From NCBI RefSeq assembly GCF_006345805.1, contig NC_043013.1, positions 1,364,001 to 1,428,000 on the forward strand: a stretch of DNA of 64,000 nucleotides, read 5' to 3'. Source of the DNA: Octopus sinensis (taxonomy: Eukaryota). Below the pieces are notes generated by a model. The model had not been told where the DNA came from and searched no databases. It worked only from the letters and a program-made list of their open reading frames with translations. Shown piece after piece: positions 55,135 through 64,000 of this stretch. A program made the position numbers and the translations under genes. How positions within the stretch are numbered: the stretch's first letter is position 1; every line of letters starts with the position of its first letter.

Positions 55135-55530
55135 TCATCATGCGTTTGAAGCAGCAACAACCACAAAAATAGCTTTTTTTCTTTTTCTTAATTTTCTGTC
55201 ATTTTATCGTGTTCCACATTCTGAAACATTTGTAACTCACATTAAAAGGGGGAAAAAAATCTTACCCTACTCTTTCCACCTTCATTGTACTTTTTACAAT
55301 GAAGGAAAAGTCAAACATGGCAAGTGGATGTGTGGAAAACCAAATTTGAATTTGGAAAAATCTATAAAGCGACATTTTCAGCCATTTATTTAAACTTTCT
55401 CTGCTAACTCATCAAATTCAATTATTTGAAACAAATGGGTTTGAGATTTAAATTTGGTAATTTTCTAAGATTCTTGCGTATAAGGGGCCCACCGAACTTG
55501 AAGTGCCCCATGGTTTAAATCTGGCCTTGA
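54220..55530. mobile_element. Same DNA-element family, copy 2, with extra ggggcaaaa-type inverted repeats
   Basis: Colinear with 17228-18525; ggggcaaaattagtaa (54221) vs tcttacccaatttgcccc (~54650-54668). Confidence 0.65.
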
Positions 55531-55773
55531 CTAAATCTTCAAATGTTACTAAAGGATCTTAAAACGGAATATACTGGAAAACGAAATCCTAAGTATTCAT
55601 AGGAAAAACAAACAAATATTGTTTGAATGCTGGTTGAAAGAAGGCAGACGTTCGGCTTACCGAAACAAGTATCTCTGGGAAGGTTTTGCTGATGTGAAGG
55701 CAGACGTTTGTGCTTCTCATTGTTCTTTTGAGTTCGAAATGAACTTTCTGTATAATTTATTTAACTTCTGCAG

Positions 55774-55834
55774 ACCCGGAATGTCGTCCCTTAACTCCGG
55801 ATCACCTCCCGATTGAGAAGACTTATGGTGAAAG
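55774..55834 (+). other. Candidate upstream exon (5' UTR or coding) of the 60.5 kb gene
   Basis: ttatttaacttctgcag acceptor and AAG|gtattt donor. The only open frame, (D/N)PECRPLTPDHLPIEKTYGE(S), is in phase with the exon at 60475. Confidence 0.35.
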
Positions 55835-56053
55835 GTATTTTACCTCTGACCTCTAATCAATTTATTTTTTATTTTTCGGAAGTAGTGTGTTTCTTAAGCT
55901 AAAACAGCATTGGTTGTTATTTCTAGCAAGTCGAGTGACCGCATAGAAATTCTTTTGTTGACAGTCGTTGATGTGGCGCGTATTCGTTAGAAGGATCCTT
56001 TACAAGAGACCTTTCGTAAATTGAGACAGACAGACAGACAGAAAGACAACGAG

Positions 56054-56120
<67 letters not shown>

Positions 56121-56126
56121 ATATAT

Positions 56127-56191
<65 letters not shown>

Positions 56192-56731
56192 GAAGAAAGA
56201 GTCTATGTGTGTTTATATATAAGTAAAATGTATGTGTTGAATATTGGGTATATTTTTAGATTTTATTTCTCGTGGTCTCTGGCAAATCTTTCGGTTGTAT
56301 AGAGGAAAGTGGATAGAGAAATAGATAGACAGACAGACAGATAGGTAGATAGTTAAAAAGATAGAGAGAAAGGGAGAGAGAGAGAGAGGAAAAGAAGTAA
56401 AGGCACAGAGTGAGTGTGTGTGTGTGCGCATGTGTGTGTGTGTCTATTCATTCGAGTCAGCTACAAGAGAATAGATTAGACAGAGTAACCCATTCGTCTT
56501 TCCATTCAATTCACCTGACTGCTGTTTTGTTTATTCAACAACAACAACAACAACTTCATCAGCCTAGTGGAGAGATCATTTTTTTATAGACCTACCAGGT
56601 AACATGACTGTCAAAAGTCTTTCTCCTTAGCATACGTTTTAAACAATCGTGTTTCATTTAATTTATGTAATTTTACCATTTATTTATAATTTTGTTTTTA
56701 ACTGACAATTGAATAATGATTACATTAATTA

Positions 56732-56824
<93 letters not shown>

Positions 56825-56829
56825 CGTCG

Positions 56830-56863
<34 letters not shown>

Positions 56864-56864
56864 T

Positions 56865-57185
56865 CAGTAGTCTTATTTTTTTCACGTGTTTCCCACTTCA
56901 CTATCGAGTGCAGCTCTGAGTGCCTTGGTTATGTGCTGTGGTTTGTTGCAATACTTTTTTTTTTTAAATCATACCTAATGCATCTATTATGATAGGAATT
57001 GTTTCTGTTTTTAGACTCCGCATTCGAGTTACCTCTATTTCCAGGTCTTTGTATTGTGAAAGTTTTTCCATTTCTTATAGAGAAAAGTTGTCTTCTGTTG
57101 GTATTGATTAGAAAGCATTTTTTGTCTTGATGATCTCTGACAACTATATCTAGCCTATTGTCCTTAATTTCTCTATCTGTGTATT
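56865..57185 (-). mobile_element. R4/Dong-like family 1, 3' end
   Basis: Same 3' UTR and ETIPIIIDALG-type end; flanked by (ATT)n-type tracts. Confidence 0.85.
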
Positions 57186-57201
57186 ATCATTATCATCATC
57201 A

Positions 57202-57288
<87 letters not shown>

Positions 57289-57298
57289 ATTATTATTA

Positions 57299-57343
<45 letters not shown>

Positions 57344-57395
57344 TATTATATTATTATTATCATTATTATTATTATTATTCATTATTATTATTATA

Positions 57396-57474
57396 TTGAC
57401 GTCGCACAGTGTACAATATCGTGAGGTTGTTGATTGGAGATATTGTCTACCGGGGGTTTGTACTGTTTGTCAAG

Positions 57475-57540
<66 letters not shown>

Positions 57541-57636
57541 CATTGTTATTATTAATATTGACGTCGCACAGTGTACAATATCGTGAGGTTGTTGATTGGA
57601 GATATTGTCTACCGGGGGTTTGTACTGTTTGTCAAG

Positions 57637-57639
<3 letters not shown>
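57396..57639 (+). repeat. Identical 82-bp unique segment duplicated (57396-57477, 57558-57639) within (ATT)n
   Basis: Direct reading, period 162. Confidence 0.95.
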
Positions 57640-57678
<39 letters not shown>

Positions 57679-57789
57679 TTAACTTGGATTTTGTTGAAAC
57701 TCTTGGAACTTGCTACATGTGGCCTTCAGTACAATGCAGTCTCTTCACCTAACTAATACGTTCCTAACGATGCATTATTTATTATTATT

Positions 57790-57920
57790 ATTCTGCCGAG
57801 ATCGACTTTGCCTTTCATCCTTTCGGAGGCCGATAAAATAAGTACCGGTTGAGCATTAGGCCGATGAAAATGACTTGCTCCCTCTCCAAAAATCTGTGGC
57901 CTTGTGCTTGTAGTAAAAAG
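57790..57920 (+). mobile_element. SINE family B fragment
   Basis: ccgagatcgactttgcctttcatcctttcgg.. Confidence 0.75.
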
Positions 57921-58198
57921 AATGGTTAATGTTTACAATATTACCCAGATTGTGGCATAGTAGGTCACCGTAATTCATTTATCGAAAAAAAAAAGAAGGT
58001 AAACATTTTCCAATAAACCCATTCCCTTTACAGTTATGAAAGAAAAACATCGGATCTTGTGAATTTTCCGAAGTCCTCTCCCACTACCGTTGTTTTGCGC
58101 GCTTTTTGGTTTTCATGTTCGTTTCCTATAGATTCTTTTTTTACACCTGTTGTACTATTTTTTAAATATTTCGTTTCCAGATATTGTAAACATTAACC

Positions 58199-58232
<34 letters not shown>

Positions 58233-58274
58233 TATTATTATTATATTATTATTATTATTATTATTATTATGATA

Positions 58275-58615
58275 TGTCTGACCTTTGCTTTGTATTTGTA
58301 CAACTTGACTCTAAGTCTCACCCAGAGACCTCAAGAGACAATGAGTTAGAAGTTCATGTTGGTGTTATGCCTAGGGTGCCATGTATATGGTTTTGTACAT
58401 AGTATTGTTCCAGAGAATGTTTAAGAGAATATAAGAAAATTATGAGTTTGTTTTAAAATTTGAGATCACATAGACAGTATTTTACGTAGGATATGGGCAG
58501 CTCCCACAAGCACTATTTTTTTAATTTCTGCCATTTTGGGGATTTCTGTATCTGAGCTAGGTAGCAATCAGCTCCTTTTGGTATCATTATCATTATTATT
58601 ATCATTATCATTATT

Positions 58616-58654
<39 letters not shown>

Positions 58655-59082
58655 ATTATTATTATTATTATTGAGTGAGAGAGCAGTTCTTGCTATCAAA
58701 GTGACACTGGGGTAAAATATGCGAAGCCCAGTATACCCATAATGACTACCCGTCTGATAAGGGTACACTAGGCACATGCATCACAACCATATGTGCGCGA
58801 CATGGTGATCTCATATTAAGATAAACAGCATATGACCTTGCAAGTGGGGCTCAGTTAGAATTTTCTTCTAGTCAAGTAAACCATCCCGCTCAAAAGGTCC
58901 CTGAATATAGGTTGTTTAAGGATATTGAACGAAACCCCCCTGTTTCCAGAGGTGAATTATTCAAACCCTAAAGAATGCCTCTCAACACACGGCTATGATG
59001 CTCCCCCACTACTTCTGCTCGTTATCAGAGATGCACATATCGTCAGCCACTAAAGGACATGCTCAACTGGTTAATGTCAAAC
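58275..59082 (-). mobile_element. Composite element copy Y
   Basis: Same order as copy X: R4-2 3' end 58275-58588, microsatellite linker, module 58671-59082. Confidence 0.8.
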
Positions 59083-59094
59083 CAAATAGGCATT

Positions 59095-60200
59095 CTATAA
59101 TCCAAGAATGTGGGATCATATCGTACAGGCGTACGATATAATCCGTAGCATGGCTAAGTTAGTTTTCCTCCTCTTGCCGTCTCTAAGTACAGTTTTGGCT
59201 TCCATGAGTTGATCCTTGGCATCTCTGCATTTACGTTTGCAAAAATGGAGTCCTGCTCATGTTGCAGGACTCCATTTTTCCCCAAATGTCCGTACACTGA
59301 CTGCGCGACTATTCCAGTCAATAATTTCCACAGGATATCGGCCTCTTATTGTCTACCGTATTGCCTTTTTCGATGCTTTTCAAGCATAGCCCTATCCTAC
59401 TCATTGTCAACCACCCTGTTGTTACTTGGTCGGCGTTTAATAAGGTATTGAGTTGTGTAGCTATTCGTGCATGACATTCACCAAATCTTTTAATCCAGTA
59501 GCCTTGAACTCCATCAGGTCCCGGGGTCTTCCAGTTGTCCATTTTTTGCTGATTTCCTTCACTTCCCTAACTGAAATGACTAGTTCTGCCTGTTTTGGAC
59601 AGACTACTGTTTGTTTCAGTTCTTTCAACCAATCAGCATCCTTCTTGTGCTCCTTGTCTTTGCCCCAGATGTCACTCCAAAACCTTTGACTTTTAATGTT
59701 ATCTGGTACAACTTTTCAACTGTTCACTCTTCATTTATTTCTTTTAGAATCTCTTCTGATCTACTCTAAATAATCTATTCTGCTGGTAACCCTTCATTCT
59801 TTGGTCGTATCTTACCATCTTTGTCTTCTTTGCAACGAGGCGCTGTTGCAGTTCCTCCATTACCACTTTCAGGTCCTTTCTTTCTATATCATACTCCCTG
59901 TTCAGTGCCCTCTATTTCTGTTCGCTTTTAACTACCTCCTTCTCTTTTCGGCCTAATACAGAAACGTCTTTCGAGAGCATATCGAACCCTACCTGGATTC
60001 GTCTTTCCCACCACGGATCTTTCCTTTTCTCACTCCCATTATATTTATTTTTCTTGACATCAACGCCCATATTTTCTGCTACAACAACACTTGCTGCCTT
60101 CATCAAATTATTTGTTTCTGTGATATTTTTTGCTCTCACGGATTTTACAATTTCATTCACATTTTTGGTTTCTTTGGTTCAATTCCCATCGATCAACTTT
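59095..60200 (-). mobile_element. R4-like LINE N-terminal/RT fragment
   Basis: NWKTPGPDGVQGYWIKRF, RPISC and CKRKCR..KDQL..KTNLA motifs, with stops and frameshifts. Confidence 0.85.
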
Positions 60201-60230
60201 TTACTACTACTACTACTACTACTACTACTA

Positions 60231-60303
<73 letters not shown>

Positions 60304-60358
60304 ACTGCTGGTACCACCACCACCACCACCACCACTGCTGCTACTGCTGCTGCTGCTG

Positions 60359-60430
<72 letters not shown>

Positions 60431-60450
60431 ACAATAATAATAATAATAAT
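60200..60450. repeat. Compound (CTA)/(CTG)/(CCA)/(ATA) microsatellite
   Basis: Direct reading. Confidence 0.95.
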
Positions 60451-60474
60451 TTTAAATATTTTTCTTTATTCCAG
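60426..60474 (+). promoter_or_regulatory. Branch point TACTAAC, AG-free zone, polypyrimidine tract and 3' splice site
   Basis: TACTAAC at 60426-60432; no AG dinucleotide until the acceptor at 60473-60474. Confidence 0.55.
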
Positions 60475-60478
60475 CAAA

Positions 60479-60727
60479 ATGGCTTTCTCTGGAATTTCAA
60501 TTATCGCGATAATTCTTCTTTCTGTATGTTTCGCTCACGGTGTAAATACTGGAAATGACAACATAAACACACACCCCAGGGATAAAGTCGATGTTTTCAG
60601 TAAATTCCTGAAGAATTTCAATTTGAAAGGAAATCTCTCGTTACCAATCCGTTCCATGGAATCCAGTCTGAGTAAATTCTATTCCCGATATTACTGCTCA
60701 TCCAAACGAACATGTAAGACGTCTTTG
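60479..60727 (+). CDS. Unrecognised secreted-protein precursor, first coding exon (83 codons; 97 aa to 60772 if unspliced)
   Basis: Acceptor tttctttattccag at 60474, caaaATGG start context, donor TTG|gtaaga. MAFSGISIIAIILLSVCFAHG is a typical signal peptide (A-x-G site), followed by VNTGNDNINTHPRDKVDVFSKFLKNFNLKGNLSLPIRSMESSLSKFYSRYYCSSKRTCKTSL. Confidence 0.7.
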
Positions 60728-60849
60728 GTAAGATTTCAGTTTCTAAAATTCTGTATTCTTCACATTTTCTGATAAATCTATTGGAGTTTGTTAAATCTGT
60801 GTAAATGTTTAATTTTCACGGTTTGAAATAAAAATCTTTCGCATGTGCA

Positions 60850-61225
60850 CGTGTGTGCATTCTTGCGTTTGTGTCTATGGGTGTGTGTGCATGCGCGTGT
60901 GTATGTGTGTCTCTGTCTGTGTGTGCGTGTGTATGCATGTGTGCGTATGAGTGTGTGTATTTATGTATGTGTATTTGTGTGTGTGTGTCTATATGTGTAT
61001 GTGTGCATGTGTGTGTGTATGTATGTGTGTCTGCGTGTGCATGTGTGTCTGCGTGTGCATGTGTGTGTTTGTGTGCATGTGTGCGTGTGCATGTGTGTCT
61101 GCGTGTGCATGTGTGTGTTTGTGTATGTGTGTCTGTGTCTATGTGTGTGTGCATGTGTGTGTGTCTGTGTGTGTGCGCGTTTATGTGTGTATGTGCGTGT
61201 GCGCGTGTCTGCGCGTGCAGCCATT
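60850..61225. repeat. Degenerate (TG)n tract with recurring gtgtctgcgtgtgcatgt units
   Basis: Direct reading. Confidence 0.9.
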
Positions 61226-61649
61226 TACATATATGTGCACAGCTGACAGGCGCTAACATATTTGAGAAATTTTAATTAATTGAAATTCATATAATTTATT
61301 TATTTACAACATTCATGCGTAATTTGCGACCTGCGGCTCGTTTTGAATGACACACCTAGCGTAAAATTACTTTGAATATTTTAGTTGTGCGGCCCGTCGT
61401 ATGACGAGCTATGTCTCATGTGGCCCGCGTCTCGGAAAAATTGCATAGGCTTCGTTTAAAATATCTTGGCTTGTATATTAGCAGCCACTTTACTTATAAT
61501 TTTCCATGCAGCCAGCGTCCTTGGATAGTTTCCCTCAATCGTTCTTCCAAGTTTATGCATGAATAAGTGCTTCCTAATGTTATGTACATTCCGTGAGAAA
61601 AGCCATTACAAAGGATTACTGCAAACAGTAAAATATTGAGAAACCTGGT

Positions 61650-61899
61650 ATGCAGTTTCCATCGTTGTTTCAAGCTTGTTCGCAATCTACCAAGAACTTT
61701 GAGAAAGTTAAGATTGCCAGTATTTCTAATTTTAGAGAGCCTCTACGAGATACTCAACCATGTAAATATAGCTACCACAACTCCCTTAAATCACACTTTG
61801 CCGTATTTAAGAAAACTGGTACCACATTAAATAACCGAATAACGTACAGAGTATCTAAAAATAAGACAGATGGCCATGGTTGGAACGCTTTGATCATAG
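61650..61899 (+). CDS. Candidate downstream exon of the 60.5 kb gene
   Basis: Non-repeat 96-codon ORF with donor ATAG|gtatgc at 61900 and several possible acceptors; the phase match to the previous exon is uncertain. Confidence 0.25.
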
Positions 61900-62079
61900 G
61901 TATGCTTGGGGCTAAATCACTATCAAGTTCTGAATTGTAATTATATGTTTCAATCAGAAAAATTCAGGTAAAAAAAAGGTAACTAAGCTGAAATGAAAAA
62001 GTGGAAAAGTTAAAGCAAGCTGCTTACCCTGAAATAAAGAAACGGGTGCAGGATTTAAAAAAGAAAATGAACGTAAGCC

Positions 62080-63140
62080 AAGATATGTTAAATCAAGCAT
62101 AATGTTGAAGATCTTTCGCGCATACGGCATTCTCGAAGTACTAGTTCTTACCATTGCAAAGACCTTCGAGAAAACCAGAGTACATGTGTTGTCATCTAAC
62201 GGAGAAATAGAATTCTTTTAAATACTAGCTAGTGTGCTACAAGGAGACACGCTTGCACCTTGTCTGTTTGCAATATTATCGGATTATGTGATGCGATGGG
62301 CTGTAGGCAACAGTGGCGAAGGCCTTGGCTTCACCTTTGACCGGCAAGGATTGCAGAGAGTACCAGCAGTAAGCATCACAGACCTGGACTTCGCAGATGA
62401 TGTAGCACATGCATCTGATGAAACAAATCGAGCTCAACAGCTGCTCAGCAGAGTAGAGACATCAGCTGCCAAAACTGAACTGTACACAAATGTCAAGAAA
62501 ACCGAATACATGACTTTCAACCAATCAAGGGATGCTGAACTGTTTGCTTTGAGTGGTTCCGAATTGAATGTTGTTAAAGACTTCATGTACTTAGGTGGTT
62601 GGATGAGCAGTTCGGAAGCAGACATCAAGATCAGGAAGGCACAAGCATAGACAGCCTCTCACAGACTAAAGAATGTCCTGAACTCCAAATTGCTCCGGCG
62701 AATCACAATCAAGCTGGTCATTGCAGCTGTCAAATCGGTGCTGTTATAGGACAGTAAAACATAGACACTGGTAAAGAAATTATCAAACGGGTTAAATGGA
62801 TGATACCCAAGGATGCTACGAATGGCCCTAAATGTGAAATAGCAGCCACATATGACAAATGAATGCCTTAATGAAGACCTGCCGAAAGTTAGCGAGAATA
62901 TCATGCAAAGATGGCTGCAATTATCTGGTCACTGCATGCGCCACGCTGAGCTGGAAGCTTCCAGATTAGTTTGTGGAAAGCAGCTCCTGGTGATGTAAGA
63001 AGATTTGGAAAACGTCGTCAACTTGACAACTTGATTGCTGACACTGACCGGGAATGTATCCAGGAGCCCGAGGCAGCGATGATGGATTGAGAAGTGTGGT
63101 GGGTGGATTTTGTTGCTGCGGCCCGGGCTGGAACCCAGCC
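62080..63140 (+). mobile_element. RTE-type LINE RT relic
   Basis: KIFRAYGI..VLQGDTLAPCLF..DLDFADDVA..F.YLGGW motifs, with stops downstream. Confidence 0.9.
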
Positions 63141-63576
63141 ATAATAATAAATATATTTTGATCCTGCAGAACTGTGATTTCCTCTGTTTAAAACATTTGA
63201 TTCACAAAAGAAAAAAAAAATCGCAAATAAAATCACAAATGAAAAAGTTTATGGCTAATTCTGTTCTCTGAAACTAAGAAGAGGATGAAAGCTGATAGAA
63301 TTTAAAAACGGTCACTGGGCAACGGTCACACTGGAGCATTGTCTTAAAGTGTTCAGTCGATCAAATCACCACAGCCCCCACACGTTTGGTACTTATTCTA
63401 TTGGTTTCTTTTGCCGAATCGCTTATTTACGGGGTCGTAAGCAAAATAACACCGGTTGTGAAGCAGCAGGAGACAAATAACGACGCGTGCACAGACAGAC
63501 ACACACATGCACACACAAGCACGGACACACACGCGCGCGCGCACATACACACACGCGCGCGCGCACATACACACAA

Positions 63577-63607
<31 letters not shown>

Positions 63608-63611
63608 CAGG

Positions 63612-63660
<49 letters not shown>

Positions 63661-63663
<3 letters not shown>

Positions 63664-63878
63664 CGGGAAGCTTTATGAAAATAAACAAAAGACGAAGGCA
63701 GGTGGAAAACAAACGAACAATTGTATTAGTATGGCGCTCAGGAAATATAAATAAAACAAGTCTTTAACGTTTCGAGCCTACGCTCTTCAACAGAAAGATA
63801 CACAGAGAGAGAAAAACACAGAAAGAAGGAGAGCAAAAAAAATGCGTGCAGTAGCTAACGAATCAACATGGCGAATAT
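63661..63878 (-). mobile_element. Penelope-like terminal repeat relic related to 33645-33870
   Basis: Shares tgtattagt..gtcttt.acgtttcgagc..caacagaaaga..tagctaacga.tca.catggc; (TA)n on both sides. Confidence 0.65.
63761..63798 (-). ncRNA. Minimal hammerhead-like motif, non-canonical core
   Basis: TCTTT-CTGTTGAA-GAGC(GTAG)GCTC-GAAA-CG-TT-AAAGA. Confidence 0.45.
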
Positions 63879-64000
63879 ATATATACAGGATGCGTAAAAT
63901 ATTTGAGGACAGATTTATGTTTATAAAATAAGATATAAATAAGAGATAATAACTTTATTTATTAAAAAATGCTATGGGAATAAAAATAAACCTTTTCTAT

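Noticed and set aside
56591-56599. 9-nt micro-exon ACCTACCAG between ttttatag and gtaaca
   Set aside because: Too short to distinguish from chance without reads.
60530-60700. Similarity of FLKNFN..MESSLSKF to a matrix-metalloprotease propeptide
   Set aside because: Only a loose pattern; no GL..TG.LD or PRCG switch is visible.
61385-61459. LCGPSYDELCLMWPASRKNCIGFV* as a Cys-rich last exon
   Set aside because: Lies in a hAT-MITE-like terminus (gcggcccg..tgtggcccgcg); likely chance.
61512-61566. RPWIVSL resembling a protease WPW.VSL motif
   Set aside because: Stop after FMHE; no CGG or AAHC nearby.
61494-61685. Minus-strand ORF with signal-like ILLFAVILCNGFSHG
   Set aside because: The hydrophobic run is preceded by a long charged segment and has no splice support; it overlaps the plus-strand candidate.

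Overview
AT-rich, very repeat-dense animal genomic DNA. The SINE families and microsatellite landscape point to an octopus (inference; no database search run). Most ORFs in the supplied track are microsatellite translations. Two host-gene signals were found. (1) A minus-strand S1A (trypsin/chymotrypsin-fold) serine protease, rebuilt by hand from four phase-compatible GT-AG exons (16088-16262, 6148-6208, 4866-4935, 2956-3105). His57 and Asp102 are present; the signal-peptide exon and Ser195 exon were not found in the window. (2) A plus-strand exon (60475-60727) encoding a clean signal peptide plus an unrecognised Cys-containing sequence; its branch point is formed by a microsatellite junction. 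The rest is a layered transposon graveyard: three tRNA-derived SINE families, R4/Dong-like RLE LINE fragments that nearly all abut (TAA)n, two copies of a composite non-autonomous element with an R4 3' end, a TSD-flanked ORF1-only L1/Tx1-like insertion splitting a SINE head, Penelope-like relics with hammerhead-like motifs and a 5' foldback, HERO-like, RTE, mariner/Tc1, Helitron-like and MITE relics. There are also several perfect palindromes, including a 618-bp one with 100% identical 204-bp unique arms. No CRISPR, rRNA or intact tRNA gene was seen. Repeat boundaries are approximate; exon and palindrome coordinates were counted base by base.
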